This document shows, one piece after another, positions 1 through 10,300 of a stretch of 64,000 nt of DNA. This stretch comes from Prevotella sp. (GTDB lineage: Bacteria; Bacteroidota; Bacteroidia; Bacteroidales; Bacteroidaceae). The stretch is taken from assembly GCA_045627725.1 (NCBI GenBank), contig JAZQOH010000053.1, positions 1,444 through 65,443 on the forward strand, given 5' to 3'. Position numbers and translations under genes: made by a program. The notes under the pieces were generated by a model. That model was given only the letters and a program-made list of their open reading frames with translations, did not search any database and was not told the origin of the DNA. The stretch's first letter is position 1. Every line of letters begins with the position of its first letter.

Positions 1-495
1 AAAGATACAGCATGTATTGCCATGAGAACTGTTCGTCGAGGTGAGAAACAAGAGACTGAAATGGTTGCAGAGGCAAACTGCGATTTCATGACTGTCTTCA
101 TGCTATCTGACCAAAGGGCATCAGGCGTGCTTTTGTTTGCAGGAATACTGTGGATGATGGGAAGTCTTTGGTATATGAGAAGATTCAAACCGGAGCTTCT
201 TTTGGAAGGTATAAGCTATGGTGGTATTGTCTATGCTAACGATAAGTTTATAACCTCAAAGGGTGAGCAGATTCGTCTCACACCTATGCAGCACACTCTG
301 CTTGAAATGTTCATGAACTCCGAGGATCATTCTCTTTCAAAGCAAGAGATCTGTGACCGCCTCTGGCCTAAGAAACCGGATGCCAACGACACACTTTACA
401 CGCTGATAAAACGTGTAAAACCTATCATTGAAGAGCATAGCAACCTGAAAATAGAGTCTGACAGAGGCAAAAGCTATACTTTGGAACTCAGATAG
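1..495 (+). CDS. Membrane-anchored OmpR/PhoB-type winged-helix transcriptional regulator (5' partial)
   Basis: Frame is open from position 1. A TM segment (GVLLFAGILWMMGSLWY) precedes a Trans_reg_C-like domain (LTPMQHTLLEMF..LSKQEICDRLWP..TLYTLIKRVK..IESDRGKSYTL). Confidence 0.8.
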   Translation, partial: KDTACIAMRTVRRGEKQETEMVAEANCDFMTVFMLSDQRASGVLLFAGILWMMGSLWYMRRFKPELLLEGISYGGIVYANDKFITSKGEQIRLTPMQHTLLEMFMNSEDHSLSKQEICDRLWPKKPDANDTLYTLIKRVKPIIEEHSNLKIESDRGKSYTLELR

Positions 496-504
496 TTAGG
501 TTTT

Positions 505-532
505 TGTCAGATAAATGTCAGGGAAATGTCAG
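505..532 (+). promoter_or_regulatory. Three TGTCAG direct repeats at 11-bp period (pho-box-like operator)
   Basis: TGTCAG at 505, 516 and 527, just upstream of the -7 element TAACTTTG at 566-573. Confidence 0.65.
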
Positions 533-565
533 GAAAGATATTCCCTATGAAAAGTTCTTTTTGGC

Positions 566-573
566 TAACTTTG
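566..573 (+). promoter_or_regulatory. Bacteroidota sigma-A -7 element of the DUF2723 operon
   Basis: TAACTTTG matches TAnnTTTG. No TTTG at the usual -33 spacing. Confidence 0.6.
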
Positions 574-597
574 CGGCTGATAAAAAAATTAGCGGTT

Positions 598-3459
598 ATG
601 CAAAAAAGAACTTTTACCATTATTGACAGGTGCATGGGGTGGCTCGCTTTTACCATTGCAGCCATAACTTATTGCCTCACTATCGAACCAACGGCAAGTC
701 TTTGGGACTGTCCGGAATTTATCACATGCGGCTATAAACTGGAGATTGGACATGCGCCAGGCGCGCCATTCTTCATGCTTATGGCGAATTTGTTTTCGCA
801 GTTTGCCAGCAGTCCTTCGGAGGTTGCGCGCATGGTAAACCTATTGTCTGCATTGCTCAGTGCAGGCTGTATCCTTTTTCTCTTCTGGACTATCACGCAT
901 CTGGTCAGAAGACTCATTATCTCTGACGATGATTATTCCAAGAGTAACGTGGCTTTGACGGAAGCTTGCGGACTGGTTGGCGCGTTGGCATATACGTGGA
1001 GTGACACATTCTGGTTCTCTGCTGTAGAGGCTGAGGTCTATGCTTTCAGCAGTTTCCTCACAGCTTTTGTATTCTGGCTGATATTGCAATGGGAGGATGA
1101 AGCCGATGATAAGGCGAGTGATCGTTGGATTATACTTATCGCTTATATCATAGGTTTATCCATTGGAGTGCATCTACTGAACCTTCTTTGCATTCCACCA
1201 ATGGTGCTCTTGATGTACTATAGAAAGGCGAAGAAAATAACACACTGGCGCACAGTGGGAGCCATTGCCGTAGGTACGCTGGTTGTAGCCTTGGTGCTGT
1301 ATGGTTTTATCCCAGGAATAGTAAAGATAGGAGGTTGGTTCGAACTTCTTATGACCAACACTTTTGGCTTTCCTTACAACACAGGACTGTGCGTTTATGT
1401 AGTATTGCTTGCTTTGGCTATAATAATTTGGATAGCCAAAACAAGAACCCGATTGTGGCATACCACTGCATTGAGCATCATGTCACTGCTGTTGGGGTAT
1501 AGTTGCTATGCCGTAATACTTATTCGTTCAAATGCTAATCCGCCAATGGACGAGAACTCTCCTGACAATATTTTCTCACTTTCATATTATCTTGGACGCG
1601 AGCAGTATGGCGACAAACCATTGATCTATGGTCCAGCATATACCAGCGAGGTGCAACGAGTGCCTGAGGGTGATTATCTCGTGGCACGTTTCAAGGACAA
1701 AGGTGCCATCTACCAGAAGTCTTCAGACACAACAGAATGCCGCTATGTGGCGGTGGGCAGAAGACGAGAGTATATCTATCAGCAGAACATGTTATTCCCT
1801 CGAATGCACTCTGAGCGTCATGGCGAGGCATACGAGCAGTGGCTTGGTGGAGTTGATAAAAGGAATGGACTGCCGACTCAGTGGGATAATCTGCGCTTCT
1901 TCTTTTCATATCAGGTTAACCACATGTATCTTCGCTATCTCTTCTGGAATTTCATTGGCAGGGAAAACAACATTCAGGGGCATGGTGAGGCAGAACATGG
2001 CAACTGGATTACGGGCATACTATGGATTGACAATATGCTGTTGGGATGTGATACGGACATGATGCCTTCCGACCTGAAGAATAACAAAGGACACAACGTA
2101 TTCTATGGACTTCCGTTATTGTTGGGAATACTTGGCATGATCTGGCAGATACGACGTGGTAAGGATGGCAATCAGCAGTGGAATGTGGTAATGCTGCTGT
2201 TCATTATGACAGGTCTGGCTATTGTGGTGTATCTCAATCAAACTCCTATGGAACCGCGCGAACGCGACTATGCATACGCAGGCTCTTTCTATGCTTACGC
2301 TATATGGATAGGTATGGGAGTAGCGGGATTGTCTTCATTGCTCCACAAAATGCAGTTGAAGCGATGGAACTGTGTAATTGCCATTGTCCTCGGAATGCTT
2401 GTACCCTTGCAGATGGTCAGTCAGACATGGGATGATCACGACCGCAGTGAGCGATATATGTGCAGGGATTTCGGAGCTAATTATCTGAACAGTATGCAGG
2501 ATGAAGGGCATCCTGTTATCTTTACGAATGGCGACAATGATACGTTTCCGTTGTGGTATAATCATGAAGTGGAGGGCATTCGCACCGATACTCGCGTATG
2601 CAACCTCTCTTATGCTCAGACTGATTGGTACATTGACCAGATGAAGCGCCCTGCCTATGATTCGCCAAGTCTTCCTATAACATGGAGCAGAGAGCAATAC
2701 ACAGAGGGCAGGAATGAGTTTATTGCAGTTGCCCCTGATGACAGTATCACCATAGAATATATGGGACGACCTATGACTATACGCATGAACGGAGCTACTC
2801 ATCTCACCAAGAGTGATCTGCTTGTGCTCGAAATGCTTAATCACACACCTGCCAATCGACCTTTATACATCAGCATAAGTCTTGGGGGCAGTCTCTTGCC
2901 TTTCCTGCAAGATCATCTTGTTCTTGAGGGATTGGCTTATCGGGTAGTTCCTGAAAGTGTGGGAATGATCGTTGATGTGGAACGTCTTTATGACAACATA
3001 ATGAACAGATTCCGTTATGGTGGGCTGTCAAAGCCTGGACTTTACGTAGATGATGATGCCATGCGTATGGCGCATACACATCAATTTATCATGTCGATAC
3101 TGATAACGAAACTAATGGAACGTGGGGATATGAAGCGTGCAAGGCTTGTTGCAGATAAATGGCAAAAGGAACTGCCGAACTATAATGTGCCTTACACAGA
3201 GGATGCACTTGCGATGGCAGAATGCTATTATCGTCTTAAAGAATATGGTAAGGCTGATAGCATAGTGAGGAACCTGCTTGAGCGTTCTGCGGAATGGATG
3301 GCATGGTACCAATCACTTAAATCAAAGGGGATATCTGCATCACAACATCAAAGAAACTCATGGCTCCGCACTATGCAGCACGCATTGGTTACGGCAAACA
3401 ATTACAAAAGAACACAATTGGTAGAACAATACATCAAGAACTATGAAGACAACAATTAA
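598..3459 (+). CDS. DUF2723 / TMEM260-like polytopic glycosyltransferase (GT-C type)
   Basis: SLWDCPEFI..HAPGAPFF, AVEAEVYA, ERDYAYAGSF and NGDNDTFPLWY motifs, plus many TM helices. ATG 598 preferred over 526 because it lies downstream of the promoter. Confidence 0.85.
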   Translation: MQKRTFTIIDRCMGWLAFTIAAITYCLTIEPTASLWDCPEFITCGYKLEIGHAPGAPFFMLMANLFSQFASSPSEVARMVNLLSALLSAGCILFLFWTITHLVRRLIISDDDYSKSNVALTEACGLVGALAYTWSDTFWFSAVEAEVYAFSSFLTAFVFWLILQWEDEADDKASDRWIILIAYIIGLSIGVHLLNLLCIPPMVLLMYYRKAKKITHWRTVGAIAVGTLVVALVLYGFIPGIVKIGGWFELLMTNTFGFPYNTGLCVYVVLLALAIIIWIAKTRTRLWHTTALSIMSLLLGYSCYAVILIRSNANPPMDENSPDNIFSLSYYLGREQYGDKPLIYGPAYTSEVQRVPEGDYLVARFKDKGAIYQKSSDTTECRYVAVGRRREYIYQQNMLFPRMHSERHGEAYEQWLGGVDKRNGLPTQWDNLRFFFSYQVNHMYLRYLFWNFIGRENNIQGHGEAEHGNWITGILWIDNMLLGCDTDMMPSDLKNNKGHNVFYGLPLLLGILGMIWQIRRGKDGNQQWNVVMLLFIMTGLAIVVYLNQTPMEPRERDYAYAGSFYAYAIWIGMGVAGLSSLLHKMQLKRWNCVIAIVLGMLVPLQMVSQTWDDHDRSERYMCRDFGANYLNSMQDEGHPVIFTNGDNDTFPLWYNHEVEGIRTDTRVCNLSYAQTDWYIDQMKRPAYDSPSLPITWSREQYTEGRNEFIAVAPDDSITIEYMGRPMTIRMNGATHLTKSDLLVLEMLNHTPANRPLYISISLGGSLLPFLQDHLVLEGLAYRVVPESVGMIVDVERLYDNIMNRFRYGGLSKPGLYVDDDAMRMAHTHQFIMSILITKLMERGDMKRARLVADKWQKELPNYNVPYTEDALAMAECYYRLKEYGKADSIVRNLLERSAEWMAWYQSLKSKGISASQHQRNSWLRTMQHALVTANNYKRTQLVEQYIKNYEDNN

Positions 3460-3691
3460 GAATGATGCTAAGCATCTACTATTCACACGGAAGAATTACG
3501 TTTTACTTGCCATCGCGTGCTTTCTCATTGTCCTCGGACTCATCCTTATGTCGGGTAATGGAAGCTCGTTTACTCACTTTGAGACGGACATTTTCTCTTT
3601 TCGCCGAATCGTATTGGCACCCATCATAAGCCTTACTGGCTACTTGTTGGTAATTGTCGCGATACTGTGTACGGAGAAAAATATGAAATAA
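3443..3691 (+). CDS. DUF3098 family two-TM membrane protein
   Basis: LFTRKNYVLLAI..GLILMSG..DIFSFRRIVLAPII pattern. Overlaps the upstream stop. Confidence 0.8.
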   Translation: MKTTIKNDAKHLLFTRKNYVLLAIACFLIVLGLILMSGNGSSFTHFETDIFSFRRIVLAPIISLTGYLLVIVAILCTEKNMK

Positions 3692-3761
3692 CTGACATAG
3701 GATTCCGTACACCCACATTTCACATCATTCATCCTAACAAGATTGACAACAAAACGAATAG

Positions 3762-3842
3762 ACCCACTGATTTTCAGCAGTAATGCCGATTGTCAGTGGG
3801 TTTGTTGTTCCCAAAATGAATCCCACAAGCCATGTTGGGAAC
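3762..3842. repeat. Two adjacent inverted repeats, possibly a terminator or att-like scar
   Basis: ACCCACTGA (3762-3770) / TCAGTGGGT (3793-3801) and GTTCCCAA (3807-3814) / TTGGGAAC (3835-3842). Confidence 0.45.
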
Positions 3843-4387
3843 ATTAGATTACTCCGTCCAGTGGTAGTGAGCATCGAGCGAAAGGAAGATGACCAACAGG
3901 AAGATGAAGATACCGAAGATGCAGAAGAACCAAAAGATTTCTTGATATTCTGTCGTTTTGTTGTAACGTATTGATAGTCAGAATATATTAAAGGTGGTGC
4001 AGATTCCAAGAAACAAACTAGAAACAAAAGTGTGAGGAAATACGAAAAGGAAAATATCTGCAAAACAAATCTTAACACGGAAATCAACGGCAATTTTCAT
4101 TTTCTTTCATTATGAATGATACCAGTTAGCGGAGTTGGGGGAGCGATAAATTGAAGACGAGATCTATTTGCTACGTGTTTTCACATTTGACATCTACATA
4201 GCACAAAATTGCCATTATAGAGTGTTTTCTTGCCAAATCTTGTTAAAGTTTGCACAAAAAACATCTAAAACTGACGATATTTGAAGAAAAATTAGTACAT
4301 TTGCGCCATAGGCGCTTCCTTCTCCTTGCTAGGCACAAAAAGCAAGCGAACGTAGGTCGCAATAATTGATAATTTGTACGTAGATTA

Positions 4388-6139
4388 ATGAGCAAGGTAA
4401 AGAAGATTCCATACGGAATGACAAACCTCGATACGATAATTCGCGAGGGATATTACTATGTCGATAAGACACGTTTCATTCCAAGGCTTGAGGATGAGGG
4501 CAGTTATGTCATCTTCCTGCGTCCGCGTAGGTATGGCAAGAGTCTGACCATTGCTATGCTTGACGCGTATTATAACATCAGGTATGCCGACAGATTTGAT
4601 GAACTGTTCGGTAATCTGACCATTGGTCAGAAACCCACCGAAAAGCATAACACGTATCTGGTGCTAAGTTTGAACTTCAGTAATGTCGATTCGGACAAGG
4701 ATAAGGTCGAGGAGTCGTTCAACATGAATTTATTGCAGGCCTTTAGGAAGTTTGCATATATATATCGAAATATATTACCAGAAGGTACAGAGGCAAAGAT
4801 GGAGGCACATACCAAGAGTAATGATGCTTTCAATGACCTATGTGACCAAGTAACAAAGACCGACAAGAAGATGTACGTCATGATTGATGAGTACGACAAC
4901 TTTGCAAACACATTGATGTCGTATGATGAGAATGCGTACATGAACCTCACCCATGGCGATGGATTCTTCCGCCTGTTCTTCAACTCACTCAAGGCTGCAA
5001 CTACAGGTAACGGTACAGCCGTTGACCGCATGTGGATTTCGGGGGTCAGTCCGCTCACGCTGAGCGATGTAACCAGCGGATTTAATATAGGTAATAATCT
5101 TTCCATGATGTCAGCCTACCACGAGTTGGTGGGGTTCTCTGAAAGTGAAGTTCGCATAATGCTTGAGTATTACCGCGATGCAACAGGTGTCTTCAACCAT
5201 ACTGTAGATGAGTTGATTGACATCATGAAGCCTTGGTATAACAACAATTGCTTTAGCGAGCGCTGCATTGATAAGGAGCGAATGTTCAACTCGGACATGG
5301 TGCTGTACTTCCTTATGAAGTATATCAGCGAGGAAGGCACAATCCCAGTGAACATGATCGACACGAACGTGAGCAGCGACTACGGCAAGATGCGCAAGAT
5401 GATCCGTCTGGAACAGACTTTCGGCATTAAGGCACAGACCCTTCAGAAGATAGCCGAGGATGGCTATATAGTTGCACCACTGAAGGCAGAGTTCTCCATC
5501 AGCGAGCTGCATGAGCCTCGCATCCTGCCGAGCCTGATGTACTATATGGGAATGTTGACTCACGGAAAGACTCCTGAAGGGCGTCCAGCACTTGTTGTGC
5601 CGAACCTTGTAGTGCGCGAGCAATATTACAAGTACATGAATGAGTGCTACGACCGTAATATGGAGTGGCAGATGGACTTATGGAAATTCGAGGAACTAGG
5701 GTATCGTATGGCAATGGACGGCGAGGGCGAACCATTGCTACGCTTAGTTGCCGAAAGTCTGCGTGAGAACAGCAGCACGCGTGACTTTGATGCCAAGGCA
5801 GAGTCGTTCGTGAAGGGTTATATGCTTGCCCGCATAGGTAGTATGGTGTCATATTTCATTTCCGAAACCGAACCGGACATGAATCATGGCTATGCAGACC
5901 TCTATCTGGAGCCATGGACAGAGAAGACCAGCCACGCCTACATCATCGAACTGAAGTACCTTAATACAAATGCCTCGGACGATGCAGTTGCCCAGACTCG
6001 TCTCGAAGCCATTGACCAGGCCAACCAATATGCTCAATCCAAGCATCTGCATCAACGCGCCCAATCTAAAGGGTGGAAGTTACATAAGTTCGTGATAATC
6101 TTCAGCGGTTGGAAACTCCGTCTCATTGAGGAGGTATAA
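4388..6139 (+). CDS. AAA-ATPase-like protein with C-terminal PD-(D/E)XK nuclease domain
   Basis: IPYG..YYYVDKT, RPRRYGKS (Walker A), IDEYD (Walker B), C-terminal GYADL..IIELK. Confidence 0.9.
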   Translation: MSKVKKIPYGMTNLDTIIREGYYYVDKTRFIPRLEDEGSYVIFLRPRRYGKSLTIAMLDAYYNIRYADRFDELFGNLTIGQKPTEKHNTYLVLSLNFSNVDSDKDKVEESFNMNLLQAFRKFAYIYRNILPEGTEAKMEAHTKSNDAFNDLCDQVTKTDKKMYVMIDEYDNFANTLMSYDENAYMNLTHGDGFFRLFFNSLKAATTGNGTAVDRMWISGVSPLTLSDVTSGFNIGNNLSMMSAYHELVGFSESEVRIMLEYYRDATGVFNHTVDELIDIMKPWYNNNCFSERCIDKERMFNSDMVLYFLMKYISEEGTIPVNMIDTNVSSDYGKMRKMIRLEQTFGIKAQTLQKIAEDGYIVAPLKAEFSISELHEPRILPSLMYYMGMLTHGKTPEGRPALVVPNLVVREQYYKYMNECYDRNMEWQMDLWKFEELGYRMAMDGEGEPLLRLVAESLRENSSTRDFDAKAESFVKGYMLARIGSMVSYFISETEPDMNHGYADLYLEPWTEKTSHAYIIELKYLNTNASDDAVAQTRLEAIDQANQYAQSKHLHQRAQSKGWKLHKFVIIFSGWKLRLIEEV

Positions 6140-6233
6140 TCATTCATCATTCATCATTAAAGCAGTTTTTTTCGTGTATATAAAACTAATGCAATAAAAA
6201 AATTCAACTAACAATAATCAATAACAAAACAAA

Positions 6234-6485
6234 ATGAAGAAGTATCTACTATCATTCATGCTGTCGGCTGTGGCATTCGCTTCTGCCAGTGCAGATGGAT
6301 ATACAGGTGTATTGGTGACCAATGGTGACCAGAAGACCTGCTATCTTTTTGAGGAACAGCCAATCATGAGACGCAAGGTTGTGGATGGAGTCATGAACGC
6401 ATGCCTTTATATTGCAGGCTACGAAGACCCTATCGTCAGCGTTCCGGCTCTTTCCCTTAACGGGGAGCGGGGAGAGCGTCTCTGA
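6234..6485 (+). pseudogene. Probably truncated secreted protein
   Basis: Good signal peptide and a YLFEEQP beta-domain resembling YAFDDEP of the 12217 ORF. The ORF ends shortly after the sequence switches to GGGGAG repeats near 6462. Confidence 0.5.
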
Positions 6486-6676
6486 GCGGGGAGAAGTGTA
6501 TTCTTCCTCATGAAGATTTATGAAGATCTATGTGCGATACTGATTTAAGCTCGCACGATATTTTCCTCGAAATGTATGGTAGTTCACTTGAAGTGCTATA
6601 CTTTTCGATGTTAATCCGAATTTTTTTTTGTCCTGTATTTACTCTTTGCCTGTTTGTTTTTGTTCTATTTCTTACT

Positions 6677-6780
6677 ATGAAGGGTAATGAAGGGTAATGA
6701 AGGGTAAATTCTTACCCTTCATAGTTGTAACATGTAGAAAATGTGATAGTTATAGCGATATTTTAAAAAAATGAAGGGTA
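6677..6780. repeat. ATGAAGGGTA 10-mer array: three tandem, one inverted, one distal
   Basis: Copies at 6677, 6687 and 6697, inverted TACCCTTCAT at 6713-6722, direct copy at 6771-6780. Confidence 0.9.
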
Positions 6781-6872
6781 GAAGCAAAAAACTTTTGAAA
6801 ATTTTTATTTACAGTTAAAAAACTGTTTCATTCTTTGAGTTTTGCAGTGCTATTTTTTTTACAAAATAGAAA

Positions 6873-7146
6873 TATTGCTGTCCGATAAAACTTTTTGACA
6901 TTGTCCGTCAAAGACTTACATTGTCGAACTATACCAAAAACAGCATGTATTTCATTAATTATAGCCTTATTTAAGGGCTTAAATCAGTAAAATGTAGTAA
7001 TATTTCAAATTTTCCTGTCCGAGAATCATAATATACTCATTTTTTGAAGTGAGGGGGTTACTTTTTAAAGTTTCAATAACTGCTATTGAAAATCAACATG
7101 TTACAGAGTCAAAAGTGGCATTTTTGATTTTTATCGGACAGCAATA
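6873..7146. mobile_element. MITE (non-autonomous IS derivative), 274 bp
   Basis: Perfect 18-bp TIRs TATTGCTGTCCGATAAAA (6873-6890) / TTTTATCGGACAGCAATA (7129-7146), flanked by the 9-bp direct repeat AAATAGAAA (6864-6872, 7147-7155). No transposase ORF. Confidence 0.85.
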
Positions 7147-7234
7147 AAATAGAAATAAACCTTTCATACAATATACCCAATATATCACAATTCTTAATAA
7201 ATTAGGAGAACGAAAGAAAAACAAAAGGGAAAAT

Positions 7235-7265
7235 TTTGCGAAGTCACTTTTTATTAGTATCTTTG
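7235..7265 (+). promoter_or_regulatory. Sigma-A promoter of the C10 peptidase gene
   Basis: TTTG (7235-7238) - 19 nt - TATCTTTG (7258-7265). Confidence 0.75.
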
Positions 7266-7340
7266 CCTGCGAAGTACTTCAGATGTATAAATCTGGTTGC
7301 AAGACATAATTATATTCTTAATTTTCAGGAAGGAATAAAA

Positions 7341-10300
7341 ATGAAAAGAATCATCTACCTACTGTCACTATTTCTCTTTGCTGTCAATGCAGCATGGGCA
7401 GATGACATCAGCGTTGAGCAAGCCATAAGCATTGCCCAGCAGTTTGTGAGCCACGATGCCAAGGCGAAGGCATTAGGCAAAACGAATGGCAAGAGTGTCG
7501 AGCCTCGTCTGGCACATGCCGTCAAGTCAAAAACTTCACAGAAAGATAACGTCTATGTCATCAACCTTGGCGAAGACCAGGGCTTCGTCATCGTAGCAGG
7601 TGACGATGGTGCTGATGCTGAAGTTCTCGGCTACTGCGACCATGGCACGTTTGAGTATGACAAGGCACCAGTTCAGTTCAAGGACTTATTGGCTAATTAT
7701 TCAGCAGGTGTGGATTCTCTCCGTCAGAGCAATGTGGCATCAGCAAAATCTGCCACCAGAGCCAGTGCCAACGGCAGCGCCACAACTTCAATGCAGCGAC
7801 TCCCTGACTGCATGGGCAACATCGTCGTGGGACCACTGCTTACAACGACATGGAATCAATGGGGACCTTATAACTACCAGTGTCCTGAGGGATGCCCTAC
7901 TGGTTGCTATCCAACAGCCATTGCACAGGTGATGAACTACTGGAAGTGGCCAAAGCAGAGTGGTGGAAAGTTGCAGCTGGTTGATTCGGATGGAAAGCAT
8001 TACTATGAGGATTTCCCCATCCATGAATACGACTGGGACAACATGCTTGATAGTTATGAAAATGGTGGTTTCAATGACAGCCAGGGTGCTGCCGTTGCAC
8101 AGCTCATGGCAGATATTGGCAAGGCATTTCACACGAGATATAGACCAGGTGCAAGTCCTACACCTTTCAATGGATATCCCTTGACAGAAAATTTTGGCTA
8201 TGAACCAGGTATTGGTTATGAACTTGGCAAGGATGGCAGCGACTTGATAGAAGAGATGAAGACGGAATTGGATGAACACCGTCCTATTTTGTATTGTGGA
8301 GGAGAGATGAAAACTCCGGAAGATTGTCATGCCCTTGTTGTGGATGGCTATACCACAACCTACTATTTCCACTACAACTATGGTTGGGGTGGCGATTATG
8401 ATGGTTGGTACAGGAATGGCGTCTGCAGCCTTTATGGAAATAACAGTTACATTCTTACGGGTGTGCGTCCATACGATGGAAAGAAAATCAAAGTGGGTGA
8501 CATACAATACGGCATTTTCCCAAATGGAACGGCTGAGATATTAAAGTATGATATAGAAGAAGGAAAAGACATAGACCTCGTTATCCCGAATACAATCAAG
8601 GATGCGGAAGGCGTGGAATACATTGTGGAGCGCATCCGTGTCGATGCTTTCTCCTCGAGCAACAGCTCGTTCAAGACAGTCACTCTGGGCGACAACATAA
8701 AGCATATTGACCGCTATGCTTTTGTCGGAAACCATATTGAGACGCTCATCATAGGCGATAAGGCAGAGGTGGTAAGTGACAATGCCTTCGAAGCTGCGGG
8801 AGTGAAGAATCTCATTATCGGTGCCTCGGTCAAGCATATCGGCGATATGGCATTCTATGCTTGCCGACTTGAGAACGTGACATGCAAGAGTCCTGCCATC
8901 ACCGTGGGTAAAAACGCCTTTACGGGTTGCTCCATCGACTGTGGCGAATGGCTGGATCACATAACGGAGCTGGGCGACGAGTCGTTCAGCGGAGTGAGCT
9001 TCAGGAGCATGCCTCACTTCAGGAATGTAACGAAGATTGGTTCTAAGGCGTTCTCCGGTTCCTATGGATTAAATGAACCGTTCATCATCTATCCTTCGGT
9101 AAAGAATATTGCACCCGATGCCTTTGTGAACAGCAGTGCCAGCAGAGTAAAGGTTGACGATGGCAATCCTTACTATGCACATGACGGCTATGGCATGATA
9201 TACAACAAGAGCAAGACTTCCCTTGCCGTGGCAACAAACTTCATGTCCCTAACAGAGGATGCCTACCCAGAAAACATGATTCGCATGGGCGAAGGCTGCA
9301 TCAATCCACGCCGTAGCGATGACTCGAGTGTGACCATTCCAAACTCGGTTGAGGACGTTACTGGTGCCTTCGCCTTGTGTGGCAAGGATATCGGTACCAT
9401 CACCAGCCTTGCTGTCATTCCACCAATCGCCACCCACGGCACCTTCAACGACGAGATGTTTGAGGCAAATCCAGACCGTGAGCTTCACGTGCCAGCAGGC
9501 TGTGAGAATATCTATCGCAACGCACCAGGCTGGAGCCGCTTCAATAACATCATCGCCGACCAGCCATACGTACTGCCTCCATCGCAGCCAGACCGCCAGT
9601 ACTTCATGATACTGCATTGCAGCGACAAGAACCAGCAGAGCCTTCGCATACCTGTCGGCTCGGTCAAGGATATCCGTGTGGGCGACTATGTCTCTGGCAT
9701 GGGCGCATCAGTCATTGTGTCTCAGAACGGAGCAAATGACAATGCCTATCGCGTGGATAGCATCACGTGGATGAAAGGATTTGTATATGATACTCCTGAG
9801 GTGTTTGATATGAGTCCAGACAATCTCGTGGCAGAGGGTCAGGACTGCACCGTCAAGTTAGGTGTTACAGTCATTGATGATGATGTGCAACTCGCAATCC
9901 GTAAGGCCATCAATACCGTGCCATTCATAGAAGGAACAACGCGCAGCAAGTCTTTCGATATCAGTCTCTCCAACGATGTGCATGAACTCAGCGGTGTTGC
10001 AGAGATTATCGTGCCTTTTGATCGTAAGGAGGGCGAAACGCTATGTGCAGCATATTATGATGAAGAGAGCGGAACATGGAAGCCTGTGTTCTTCTGCTAC
10101 GACGAACAACTGGGAGCAGTGGTCATTGAGACTGGTCACTTCTCGCTCTTCTCCATCCTGTCGGTAGCGAAGGAGAAAACGGCGAGACAGATGATGAATT
10201 ATTACATGTATTATGAGCCATACTCTACGCTGAACGAAGCCATGCAGAATGTGCTGGAATGGTTAGCTACCGACGACCCTGACAAGAAAGCCATCGACGC

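Noticed and set aside
3960-4010. GGTGGTGCAGATTCC as a tRNA fragment or att core
   Set aside because: No cloverleaf or T-loop consensus can be built, and no second copy was seen.
3734-4093. Minus-strand 119-aa ORF, plus-strand 63-aa ORF, and a hydrophobic reading (IFWFFCIFGIFIFLLVIFL) in a third frame
   Set aside because: Products of GAAGAT low-complexity DNA. The hydrophobic frame has no start codon after the preceding stop.
6677-6722. 10-mer repeats as a CRISPR array
   Set aside because: Repeats are contiguous and too short, with no spacers and no cas genes.
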